DNA from: Syntrophaceae bacterium UBA5744
GTDB lineage: Bacteria > Desulfobacterota > Syntrophia > Syntrophales > UBA2192
NCBI GenBank assembly: GCA_002419215.1
Contig: DIFQ01000139.1
Coordinates: 4,732 to 68,731, forward strand
Length of the DNA stretch: 64,000 bases
Direction: 5' to 3'
This document shows positions 29,065-37,701 of the stretch, piece by piece; the first letter of the stretch is position 1, and the number at the start of each line of letters is the position of its first letter. The notes under the pieces are model-generated. The model had not been told where the DNA came from. It saw only the letters and a list, made by a program, of their open reading frames with translations, and ran no database searches. The translations under genes were made by a program, and so were the position numbers.

Positions 29065-30330
29065 TCAGCGTTTCTTCCCCTTCTCGATGATGGAGACGGA
29101 TCCCGCCGCCGAGGAGGTCCCCGTTGCGTTAATGTCGATCGATGTCGTTCTCATGCTGGTAGTCGTATTGGGGGCCACGGTGTAGGAGACGGTCCCGCTT
29201 CCCGTCATCGAGGTGCCCGACTTGAAGCCTATCCAGTCGACGCTTTTCGTTGCCGTCCAGGCGCAACCGGTGCCCGTTGTCACGCTGATGTTCCCCTTGC
29301 CCCCCTTGTCCGTGAACGTCTTCGAGGAGGGCGTGACGGTGAACGTGCAGGACGTCGGTTGCGGAGCCGGCTCAGGAGGCGGGGGCTGGGGGGCGGCGCC
29401 GTTGTAGGCAATGGTGAACTCGCCGAAATAGACGGGGTTTCCAACCGCCGAATAGGCGATCCGGAAATATCCCGCCTCGCCCCAGCCGGTTCCCCAGCTG
29501 TTCTTCCCCTTGAAACACTGCAACGCGTCGTCGTAGCCCACGATGAGGATGGCATGCCCGCCCTGGTAGGTGCCGGAGGCGTAGGAGTAGATCCCGGCGC
29601 GGTAGCTGAAGAAATCCGCGTAGACGTCCATTGTCGTCACCAGCGGGCCGTAGGTTACCAGGGCATTCTTGAGGGCCTCCACGCTGACCGAGGTCGTCGC
29701 CACGTAGGCCCAGCTCTGGATGCGCCAGGTGTCGCTCTGGTAGGTGTAGCAGGCCGACGTGCAGAGATTGTTCGTTGCCGTGTAGGGGAAACAGCCCTCG
29801 AGCGGCAATCCATTGTCCCGGATGTAGTTGGAGGCCGATCCGATCGAGCCGCCGCCGCAGTTCCCGGCGCCGCTGCACGAGACGAGGACCTGCTCCGAGA
29901 GGTCGATGTCCTGCCCAGCGAGGTTGTTCTTGATCAGCGCGTAGGACTCGAGCGCCCCTGCCGACGCAAAAGCCCAGCAACTCCCGCAGCTTGACTGGTT
30001 GCGAACCGGCGTGACGTATTTTTTCATCGGGTCGGCCCAGTCGAAATACGTGTAGGCCGCCGCGGCGCCGCCCGAGCCGGTAGAGTCCGCGGTCAGGACC
30101 GGCTCCTTTCCCGTAAGTCTCGGTTTGACATGTCCCAGGCGGCACTTTCGCTCATGATCCGGCAGCGCGGACATCGAGGTCTCACCGGCTTCCCAGTGGG
30201 CTCCCTTTTCCTGGATAGCTGCACGAATGTGCTCGATATCATTGGCGAAAGCCGTGGAAGCGGCAAAAACGGCAGACAGCAGAATGACGAGTACGGCAAG
30301 GATTTTATTCCCAAATAGACCCTTTTTCAT
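29065..30330 (-). CDS. Secreted papain-family (C1) cysteine protease with a C-terminal all-beta (BACON/Ig-like) domain
   Basis: Start at the ATG at 30330 (MKKGLFGNKILAVLVILL signal). Catalytic Cys motif QSSCGSCWAFAS, then GGHAILIVGYD (His) and NSWG. A PPPPEPAPQP linker precedes a ~90-aa domain (SCTFTVTP ... GCAWTATKSVDWI). Confidence 0.85.
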   Translation of the reverse strand: MKKGLFGNKILAVLVILLSAVFAASTAFANDIEHIRAAIQEKGAHWEAGETSMSALPDHERKCRLGHVKPRLTGKEPVLTADSTGSGGAAAAYTYFDWADPMKKYVTPVRNQSSCGSCWAFASAGALESYALIKNNLAGQDIDLSEQVLVSCSGAGNCGGGSIGSASNYIRDNGLPLEGCFPYTATNNLCTSACYTYQSDTWRIQSWAYVATTSVSVEALKNALVTYGPLVTTMDVYADFFSYRAGIYSYASGTYQGGHAILIVGYDDALQCFKGKNSWGTGWGEAGYFRIAYSAVGNPVYFGEFTIAYNGAAPQPPPPEPAPQPTSCTFTVTPSSKTFTDKGGKGNISVTTGTGCAWTATKSVDWIGFKSGTSMTGSGTVSYTVAPNTTTSMRTTSIDINATGTSSAAGSVSIIEKGKKR

Positions 30331-30619
30331 GGCACTGTTAACCCCCGAAGACAGTATTGACGCATGGATGCAAAACATGGACCACTCCGTGGAACAGGGA
30401 GGGGCCGGGACAAACCGGTACAATCCGGTCAGGGCGGCAAGCGGGAAGGCGATATACTGTTTATCGGTCCTCCGCGGGAAAACTGGATACGCCGAATTTC
30501 GTATTTTTGCAGGGTCACTTCCCCGTAGAAAATGCACGGGCACTGTGGTAGGATTCACCCGTCCTGTCAGGGGGACCCGCCGTTTTCTTTCACCGCAACC
30601 GCACGACAAAGGAGGACCT

Positions 30620-32653
30620 ATGGAATCGATCCGATCGCTGGATGCCATCTTCAAGCCGGCAAGCGTGGCCCTCATCGGCGCCTCGAGCACGCCCGGAAAA
30701 CTCAGTTACGACATCCTCTACAACCTGATCCACGCCGGCTTCCAGGGGCCCATCTATCCCGTCAACCCCAAGGCCGACGAGATCCTGGGGCTCAAGGCCT
30801 ACCCGGCAATCGGCGCCACCCCGACGCCCGCGGACATGGCCGTCGTCGTCATCCCGGCCCGGATGGTCGTGGGGGCCATCGAGGAGTGCGGCAAGGCGGG
30901 TGTGAAGTCCGCCGTCATCATCACGGGGGGATTTGCCGAGGCGGGCGCGGATGGGGAGAAGCTCCAGGCCCAGCTGGCGAAGGCGGGCAGGGAGAACGGC
31001 GTCCGTCTCATCGGGCCCAACTGCCAGGGGGTGAACATCCCCTACAGCAGCCTCTGCGGGTCCTGGCCGCTCATCACCACGCGGGGCCGGATCGCCTTCG
31101 TCTCCCAGAGCGGCACCGTGGGGGCGGCCCTCATCGACTGGGCGAGCGTCGAGCACCTGGGTTTCAGCGGCTTTGTCAGCCTCGGCAACCGGGCCGACGT
31201 GGACGAGTCGGACTGCATCCGCTACTTCAACGACGACCCCAATACAAAGGTGATTGCCTGCTACATCGAGGGCGTGAAACGGCCCGCCGCCTTCATCGAG
31301 TCGCTTGCGCAGGCGACCAAGCCCGTCGTGATCCTCAAGGCGGGGCGCACGGCGAGAGGGCGGGTGGCGGCCGAAAGCCACACGAAGTCCCTTGCCGGAA
31401 GCGACGAGATGTACCAGGCCATCTTCAAGAAATACGGCGTCGTGCGGGCCGACAACCTGGAGGAACTCTACGACTTTGCCAAGGGCCTTGCCTACATGGA
31501 CAAGCCGAAAGGGAGGCGACTGCTCATGATCTCGAGCTCCGGCGGCGCCGCGATCCTCGGCATCGACGAGGCCGAAAAGTACGGTCTCGAGGTCCCCTTC
31601 CCGACGGAAGAGCTCAAGGCCCGCCTTCGGGCGTTCCTCCCGTCGCACTGCGGCCTCACGAACCCCATCGACCTGACGGGCGACGCCATCACGGACCCCA
31701 GCCTCTACTCGAAGACGATCGCTGAGGCGAAGTCCGACTACGACACGAGCGTCGTCATCTTTGGCGACCCCGTCCACGGCGCCTCGGACATCGTCACGGG
31801 CCGGGGCGAGCTGATCGTCTACTGCGGGGGAGCCGAGGTGGAGCGCGAGGAGGCCCTCAAGATGCACGCAAAGGGAATCCCCGTCTACCCCACCCCTGAG
31901 CGGGGCGTGCGGGCCCTGGCGCAGTTCTTTGCCTACGACGAGGTAGAGCCCGTAAAGGTCGAAGTCCACAGGAAAGACGAAACGCGTGATGAGGGGCCGA
32001 AGCTTCGGCTCATGCCCGGCCCCGCGGCGGTGCGCGTGCTGCGATCGTACCGGATCCCGGCCGTGACGTCGGCCCCCGCGAAAAACGCAGCCGAGGCGGT
32101 AAAGATCGCCAGGCGGTTCGCGCGGCCCGTGGCCCTCAAGGTCTCGTCGCCCGACATCTCCCACAAGACGGACGTGGGGGGCGTGGCGCTCGGCATCAAT
32201 CCCTCCGGGGTCCGGAAGGCCTGGGAGGCCATGATGGCGACCGTCGGCAAGAAGGCCGCTGGCGCCCGGATCGACGGGGTCACGCTCTCGCCCATGGCAA
32301 AGCCCGGCGGCGTCGAGGTCATCCTCGGCGTGATCCGCGATGAGCAGTACGGGCCTTCGATGATGTTCGGTCTCGGCGGGATCTTCACGGAGATCTACAA
32401 GGACGTGCAGTTCTGCCTGCTTCCGGCGGGACCCGGCGAATTCGAGAAGATGATCCGGGGCATCAAGGGCTACCCTCTGCTGGCCGGAGCCCGCGGAAAG
32501 GCCCCGAAGGACATCGCGGCCCTCATCGACGTGATGCAGAAGCTCTCGAAGCTCGTCGAGGACTACCCCGGGTTCGACCAGATCGATCTCAACCCGGTCA
32601 TCGTCTACGAGAAGGGAGTATCCGTCGTGGACTACAGGATCCTGCACAAGTAG
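30620..32653 (+). CDS. ADP-forming acetyl/acyl-CoA synthetase (fused alpha-beta, NDP-forming family)
   Basis: The ATG at 30620 follows AAGGAGG. CoA-binding start FKPASVALIGAS, the GPNCQG loop, and a C-terminal ATP-grasp domain. 677 aa. Confidence 0.9.
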   Translation: MESIRSLDAIFKPASVALIGASSTPGKLSYDILYNLIHAGFQGPIYPVNPKADEILGLKAYPAIGATPTPADMAVVVIPARMVVGAIEECGKAGVKSAVIITGGFAEAGADGEKLQAQLAKAGRENGVRLIGPNCQGVNIPYSSLCGSWPLITTRGRIAFVSQSGTVGAALIDWASVEHLGFSGFVSLGNRADVDESDCIRYFNDDPNTKVIACYIEGVKRPAAFIESLAQATKPVVILKAGRTARGRVAAESHTKSLAGSDEMYQAIFKKYGVVRADNLEELYDFAKGLAYMDKPKGRRLLMISSSGGAAILGIDEAEKYGLEVPFPTEELKARLRAFLPSHCGLTNPIDLTGDAITDPSLYSKTIAEAKSDYDTSVVIFGDPVHGASDIVTGRGELIVYCGGAEVEREEALKMHAKGIPVYPTPERGVRALAQFFAYDEVEPVKVEVHRKDETRDEGPKLRLMPGPAAVRVLRSYRIPAVTSAPAKNAAEAVKIARRFARPVALKVSSPDISHKTDVGGVALGINPSGVRKAWEAMMATVGKKAAGARIDGVTLSPMAKPGGVEVILGVIRDEQYGPSMMFGLGGIFTEIYKDVQFCLLPAGPGEFEKMIRGIKGYPLLAGARGKAPKDIAALIDVMQKLSKLVEDYPGFDQIDLNPVIVYEKGVSVVDYRILHK

Positions 32654-32661
32654 GGTCCGTG

Positions 32662-32847
32662 TGTCATTGCGAGTCGAGCCTCGCGAGACGTGGCAATCCA
32701 CGATTGAGAGGGTTATCGATGGAAGAAACACCCTCACCCTCTCCGCGGGAGAGGGCAGGGTGAGGGGGAAGTCCACTTCCTTTCGACGCAGAGGGCTCCT
32801 TCCACATTTCCCCTCTCCCCTTCGCGGGAGAGGGCAGGGTGAGGGGG
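32662..32847. repeat. Cluster of short palindromic repeats after the acyl-CoA synthetase gene
   Basis: CATTGCGAG ... CTCGCGAG ... GGCAATCC (32665-32700). Then two copies of CCCTCTCC-GCG-GGAGAGGGCAGGGTGAGGGGG (32729-32768 and 32810-32847). Confidence 0.7.
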
Positions 32848-32939
32848 AATAATCCCCTTCCTATGGTGTTTGTCCTGCGGTGCCCTTCCGTCGAGGGGCA
32901 CCGACTTGTTTGAACCGTAACGACAGACGGTGTGCGACC

Positions 32940-33287
32940 ATGGCGGAAACGAAAAAGAAGAAAAGGACAGCCGGCGCGGTGACAAAGGCGAAGGCCAAAC
33001 CCCGGAAGAAGGAACCGACGATCAGCCGGCAGGATGCCCTGCAGATCGCCCAGGCCTATCTGGCGGACAAGGGCGCATTCGCCGTGAGCGGCATCGTCGA
33101 TGGGATCCCGGAAGGGTTCGAGGCGTACTTCGCCGCAGACAAACAGCTTGCCGCGGCGCTGAAGGACTGCTGGATCGTCGAGTGCGGCCTGGACCCCTTC
33201 CTGGTCGTCGACGGCGGCACGATGCTCATCGGTATCTCGAAGACAACCGGCGACATCGTCTACGCCGGCATCCTGAACATGGCGTGA
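32940..33287 (+). CDS. Hypothetical protein with a Lys-rich N-terminus
   Basis: 115 aa starting from the ATG at 32940 (MAETKKKKRTAGAVTKAKAKPRKKE). No recognisable motif. Confidence 0.45.
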   Translation: MAETKKKKRTAGAVTKAKAKPRKKEPTISRQDALQIAQAYLADKGAFAVSGIVDGIPEGFEAYFAADKQLAAALKDCWIVECGLDPFLVVDGGTMLIGISKTTGDIVYAGILNMA

Positions 33288-33394
33288 GCGGTATTTGCGA
33301 ATGCGACACCCGGGGCAGCGATGACCATTGAGGTTGGACTGCGTCTTTTTGCTGTTGGTGTGGGCATTTTGAACTTTTAAAGGGTGGATCATTC

Positions 33395-34530
33395 AGGTAT
33401 AGAATAGGTATAGAATAGGGACGGGTATGAATATATTACTTTATATGGATTATACCCTGTGATAGGAAGTGCCCGATGCCACGAAGAGCCCGCATAGACG
33501 CATCCGGTGCGTTGCATCACATCATTTGCCGGGGAATCGAGCGGCGGAAGATATTTCGGGATGATGCTGATCGCGATGCGTTCATCCGGCGTCTCGGGAC
33601 TGTTCTGAAAGAGACCCAGAGCTTCTGTTACGCCTGGGCCTTGATTCCCAACCACTTTCATCTGCTGCTAAGGACCGGCAGCACGCCGATCGCAACCGTT
33701 ATGCAGCGGCTGCTCAGCGGATATGCCGGAGCATACAATCGCAGACATCGACGGATCGGTCAACTTTTTCATAACCGCTACAAGTCCATCCTCTGCCAGG
33801 AGGATCTGTACCTGCTGGAGTTGGTGCGTTATATCCATTTAAACCCGCTGCGGGCCAAGCTCGTCGAGACCCTGGATCAACTGGATTCCTACGCGTACGG
33901 CGGCCACAGTGCTCTCATGGGTAAATGCTCGAATGACTGGCAGGAGGTCGACAGGATTCTTAGCCTCTTTGGAAGGCGACTATTGGAATCACGCAAAACC
34001 TATCACGCCTTCGTTGAAAAGGGGGTTGACATGGGCAGGCGCCCGGAGCTGACCGGTGGCGGATTGATCCGTAGCATGGGCGGTTGGCGTGCGGTGACGT
34101 CGCTTCGGAAGCTCAAAGAGCACCTGAAAGGCGATGAGCGCATATTGGGGGACAGCGATTTTGTGGCAGCGGTTTTGGAAGCCCAGCATGAAAGCCTGGA
34201 GCGACGCTACCGGCTCAAGGCCAAGGGCTTTGACATCGAGAAAGTGATACAGCGGACGGCCGAGATTATCGGGCTGGATGCCGGGCAGATCCGGACACCT
34301 TGCAAAGAGCCACTGCGGGTTCAGGCCAGAAGCCTCGTCTGCTACTGGGCAGTTCGGGAATTGGGCCTGACCACGGTGGCGGTTTCAAAGGAGTTGGGCA
34401 TATGTCAGGCGGCGGTGACAAAGGCGGTTGCCCGGGGCAAAGTGTTCGCGGAGAAGCGCGGGCTCAACCTGCAGGAATAAGTGATTAATTCATACCCGTC
34501 CCTATTTATCCGGCGTCCCTATTTATCCGG
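33395..34530 (+). mobile_element. Transposase unit: tandem 11-mers, 19-bp left IR, transposase gene, 19-bp right IR, tandem 17-mers
   Basis: AGGTATAGAAT x2 (33395-33416). AATAGGGACGGGTATGAAT (33414-33432) has its exact reverse complement at 34488-34506. CGTCCCTATTTATCCGG x2 (34497-34530). Confidence 0.6.
33476..34480 (+). CDS. IS200-like / REP-associated tyrosine transposase (Y1 HUH) with a C-terminal DnaA-C-like HTH
   Basis: HUH motif PNHFHLLL and catalytic-Tyr region LFHNRYKS. The C-terminal segment LVCYWAVRELGLTTVAVSKELGICQAAVTKAV is HTH-like. The gene is flanked by 19-bp inverted repeats. Confidence 0.85.
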   Translation: MPRRARIDASGALHHIICRGIERRKIFRDDADRDAFIRRLGTVLKETQSFCYAWALIPNHFHLLLRTGSTPIATVMQRLLSGYAGAYNRRHRRIGQLFHNRYKSILCQEDLYLLELVRYIHLNPLRAKLVETLDQLDSYAYGGHSALMGKCSNDWQEVDRILSLFGRRLLESRKTYHAFVEKGVDMGRRPELTGGGLIRSMGGWRAVTSLRKLKEHLKGDERILGDSDFVAAVLEAQHESLERRYRLKAKGFDIEKVIQRTAEIIGLDAGQIRTPCKEPLRVQARSLVCYWAVRELGLTTVAVSKELGICQAAVTKAVARGKVFAEKRGLNLQE

Positions 34531-34688
34531 TTAGATTTTTACGGTCGCCCCCCGCGCGGGGGCGTGGATGGCATGTGCGAGAACAACGGATTCGTAATCA
34601 GCAGTTCTATGGCACTGTGCACTGTGTTGGTGGGGGGAAACGTTGAATCCAGGCCTGCGCGGGGATGGAAAGAGGACGTCAGGGCGGG

Positions 34689-35087
34689 TCAGGGGATGAG
34701 GCGGAAGCCCTGTTCCTTGAAATGACCGTCAAAAGTGAATGAAGAGTCGATCCCGTTGCGTCGCATGATATCGAAACTGATGCAGTCAACCAGACTTAGC
34801 CTTCGCCGGGATGCGACAAGCAGGGCGGCCATTCCCAGCCGATGGAGATCATCTGTGACGTATTCCACGTGAAGGATGGGGACAATCGCGTCCTCGAACG
34901 CCCGCACGGCTTCCAGCCCGAGGCGGCTCTGCAGGAGCGCAACCGTTTCCACGAGCACGTAGCTGCTCGTCACCGCCAACGTTCCGCCCTCCAGGATTTC
35001 GGTCCATCCATTACGCGCCCTGGCATGGTTGTCGTCGTCTCGATCGAGAAGTGCGTAAAAGGCCGACGTATCGACAAAGACCCTCAT
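34689..35087 (-). CDS. vapC: PIN-domain toxin VapC
   Basis: 132 aa. MRVFVDTSAFYAL carries the first acidic residue and other conserved Asp/Glu are present. Overlaps the upstream antitoxin gene by 4 nt. Confidence 0.85.
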   Translation of the reverse strand: MRVFVDTSAFYALLDRDDDNHARARNGWTEILEGGTLAVTSSYVLVETVALLQSRLGLEAVRAFEDAIVPILHVEYVTDDLHRLGMAALLVASRRRLSLVDCISFDIMRRNGIDSSFTFDGHFKEQGFRLIP

Positions 35088-35332
35088 CTGTCGTACGCCT
35101 CCACGAGGTAGGCATCGTGGCGCTTCGAGACGTCGCGCTTTCCGGATTTGAATTTTCCCATGACGTCCATGGCCCGTTTCTGCTTCTCGTCGATGGGCAT
35201 CATGATGCCCGAACGGATCACTCCGTCGACGGCACGCCGGATGACTTCCGCAATGGATTCTCCGCGGGCGGCTGCGATTTCCTTCAGCGCGCGGGCCTGC
35301 TCTTCCGTCAGTTGAATCTGTGTTCTGACCAT
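35084..35332 (-). CDS. vapB: Ribbon-helix-helix (CopG/VapB-like) antitoxin
   Basis: Start at the ATG at 35332 (MVRTQIQLTEEQARALKEIA is an RHH beta-strand plus helix pattern). 82 aa, coupled to vapC. Confidence 0.75.
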   Translation of the reverse strand: MVRTQIQLTEEQARALKEIAAARGESIAEVIRRAVDGVIRSGIMMPIDEKQKRAMDVMGKFKSGKRDVSKRHDAYLVEAYDR

Positions 35333-35342
35333 GTTAGCCTCT

Positions 35343-35371
35343 ATGATTACTATTATGATGTAATGATTACA
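35343..35371 (-). promoter_or_regulatory. Candidate VapB operator (repeated GTAATCAT word, one copy inside a 13-nt palindrome)
   Basis: Immediately upstream of the vapB start. On the plus strand ATGATTAC occurs at 35343-35350 and 35363-35370. TGTAATGATTACA (35359-35371) is a perfect palindrome. Confidence 0.4.
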
Positions 35372-35642
35372 CATCGGGGACCTTCCGTCAAGGCATTTTG
35401 AGGCTTTGCCGTTGCCTCCTCGCGGTCAGGCAAAGGACTGGATCCCCGCCGTCGCGAGGATGACATAGTTGAGGGCGCGGGGATGACATTAGGCCTGCTG
35501 CTCTTTGACTGAGCGACAAGATGCCCATTGAAGCTTTACAATTGAAATGAGTCGCAAGCAGGAAATTGAATTTGAGGGGATATGGAGCCTCTCATGCTTT
35601 GTCTTATTCGTCTTTAGCGAAACGGGCACCCCATGTCCTCCA

Positions 35643-36815
35643 TTACAGATAGGATAGCCACCAGTCTCGACGCCTTGCCTTTACCCCGGCAAACCATACG
35701 CAAGCGGAATATATGGCCAGAATGACCATGCCCCACACCACGTAGACACCCGCCAGTGAGAGGCCGAATTGGGCTGGATAATCGAGAAAAAATACGGCCA
35801 TGTCGCGCACACCCAGGCCTTGCCAGAGCCCGATCAAAACGGCGCCGGAGTGGATCAGGTAGATATGGACAACGTAAAAGAAAAACGAGACGTGGCCGAT
35901 CGTTACCAGTTTTTGCGCCAGACCCCCACCGACTCGCTCAAAGTATCCCAGCAGCATCAGCGCGGGCCCGAGTGTCATGAGCAAGAATTGAAGCGACACC
36001 GGGTACTTCGTCACACTCAGGAAGCTGATGAGCGTATCGACCAGATTCTGATGGAGAACCCATTTTACCGGGTCGCCATAGAGATTTGTCAGACGAAGAA
36101 CGACAAAGATGAGCGTCAGGAAAACACCGAGTTGAAGGAGGCGATGCGGCCGTTCCGGATTTTCACCGACAAAGTACGGACCCATTGCATAACCGAGCGC
36201 CATCACTCCGATCCACGGGATCAGGGGATAGATGACCAAAAAGTCCCACGTCCCAATGGTGAGACGACCCGGAATGTGAAAAAGTACCCAGAGAGGAGAA
36301 GCCTCGGACAGCAACGGCTGAATACTGTCCAGTCCATTGTGCGTCACGAGCATCAGCGCTCCGAAGGCCCCAATGGCAATTCGAGGCAACCAGACGAGAG
36401 CGGACAGCACGATCATGGACCAGCCGATTGCCCAGATGACTTGAAGAATATGCATCGTCCTCAGATTGAATGCCCAGGCAAACTGGATCACCGTCAATTC
36501 GATGAATACGAGCCATATGCCGCGACTCAACAAAAACCGGGTTATCTCGACCGTGGGCCTCTTTCGTGATGCACCGTAGAGGTACGCACTCACGCCCGCA
36601 AGCAACACGAAGGTCGGTGCACAAAGGTGCGTGACCAGGCGGGTAAAAAACAGTGCAGCTCCGGAACTTGCGAAGTCCACTGCTGCGCCATAATCCGCGC
36701 TGAGCGGACGCATAACCATATCCCTCGTATGATCGAGCGCCATGATCACCAGTACAAGACCGCGCAGCATGTCTATCGAGGTCAAACGACTTTTTTCAGC
36801 CGTTGCTGTTTCCAA
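35643..36815 (-). CDS. DUF1624 / heparan-alpha-glucosaminide N-acetyltransferase-like membrane protein
   Basis: 390 aa, polytopic. The N-terminal RLTSIDMLRGLVLVIMALDHTRD is the DUF1624 hallmark. Visibly lower GC than its surroundings. Confidence 0.75.
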   Translation of the reverse strand: METATAEKSRLTSIDMLRGLVLVIMALDHTRDMVMRPLSADYGAAVDFASSGAALFFTRLVTHLCAPTFVLLAGVSAYLYGASRKRPTVEITRFLLSRGIWLVFIELTVIQFAWAFNLRTMHILQVIWAIGWSMIVLSALVWLPRIAIGAFGALMLVTHNGLDSIQPLLSEASPLWVLFHIPGRLTIGTWDFLVIYPLIPWIGVMALGYAMGPYFVGENPERPHRLLQLGVFLTLIFVVLRLTNLYGDPVKWVLHQNLVDTLISFLSVTKYPVSLQFLLMTLGPALMLLGYFERVGGGLAQKLVTIGHVSFFFYVVHIYLIHSGAVLIGLWQGLGVRDMAVFFLDYPAQFGLSLAGVYVVWGMVILAIYSACVWFAGVKARRRDWWLSYL

Positions 36816-37019
36816 AGCCTGACCTCCCTGTCATGCACTGTTTTTCCGATTCGATCCGTGCCGGGCCACCCGGATCTTACCCCTGTTGCTTGCTCTTTGT
36901 TTTGGGAATCCGTTGCTGGTTTCAGTGTGAACGGTATCACGGACCCATGAGTCTGAGAAAAATTCGTTAGCCGTTGGAGGCACGGCCGGTTACGCGATCC
37001 ATTCAGGCATCGGATGGTG

Positions 37020-37313
37020 TTACAGGTTTTTAATCTCGGAGATCATGCGATCGAATTGTTCGACATCGACCACGGGCGACGTGGTAAAGGAAATGCCCGT
37101 AAGCATGTTCAGCGCGACGGATGCCGCCAGGGCTTTCTCGGTGGTGGGGAAATGCAGGGTAAAGACCAGATCGTGCTCACCCAGAACGGCGTACATGGAT
37201 ATGACCTTCCCGCCGTTTTGCCCGATGATTTCGACCGCCTTCCTCGTTCGTTCCGGGGACACACCTTTCAAGGAATCCGAATTGTATTTCCCGAACATCA
37301 TGAATATCGGCAT
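37020..37313 (-). CDS. GYD-domain protein
   Basis: 97 aa. MPIFMMFGKYNSDSLKG ... GGKVISMYAVLGEHDLV matches the GYD family pattern. Confidence 0.8.
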   Translation of the reverse strand: MPIFMMFGKYNSDSLKGVSPERTRKAVEIIGQNGGKVISMYAVLGEHDLVFTLHFPTTEKALAASVALNMLTGISFTTSPVVDVEQFDRMISEIKNL

Positions 37314-37485
37314 TTGGCTTCCTCCCTTCTGTAAACTGAAACAGTGATCGTTATTGACCCTCTCCCCCGGGAATTCAGGGGGTCAGCCACTTCCGACGGA
37401 AAATCATGCCCGTTTCAGACGGATCGTTTTTCATCGTCCTTTCAGGAACATTGAATGGATAGGCACGAGCCATTTTTATGATATA

Positions 37486-37514
37486 ACTATATAAAACAGG
37501 ATATTATGTGTCAA
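37486..37514 (-). promoter_or_regulatory. Sigma70-type promoter candidate for the GYD gene
   Basis: The minus strand reads TTGACA - 17 nt - TATAGT (-35 at 37509-37514, -10 at 37486-37491). This implies a ~165-nt leader before the ATG at 37313. Confidence 0.5.
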
Positions 37515-37635
37515 TGAAATAGGGACTGCAAGGCGTGAGACGTGGTGTCGGTGTTTGCCGGATGGTTATAAGGGAGGCCGGGACCTGCTTGAGAACATGC
37601 GGAGGTGCGTGATGGGTCCAGGTCCCGGCCCTGTA

Positions 37636-37676
37636 GAAGACAGAAGCGAGGAAGTTAAGAAGATAAGAAGTTAAGA
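37636..37676. repeat. Solitary GAAG-type periodic arm
   Basis: GAAGACAGAAGCGAGGAAGTTAAGAAGATAAGAAGTTAAGA. Confidence 0.55.
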
Positions 37677-37701
37677 AAAAGAACAATCTATCGGACTCGG
37701 C

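Noticed and set aside
30590-32776. 728-aa minus-strand ORF
   Set aside because: It is antisense to the ADP-forming acyl-CoA synthetase and has no recognisable motifs. The same applies to 21898..23196, 24029..24871, 25433..26818, 38151..39059, 39961..40758, 41699..43441, 43104..44594, 46697..48337 and 50366..51814.
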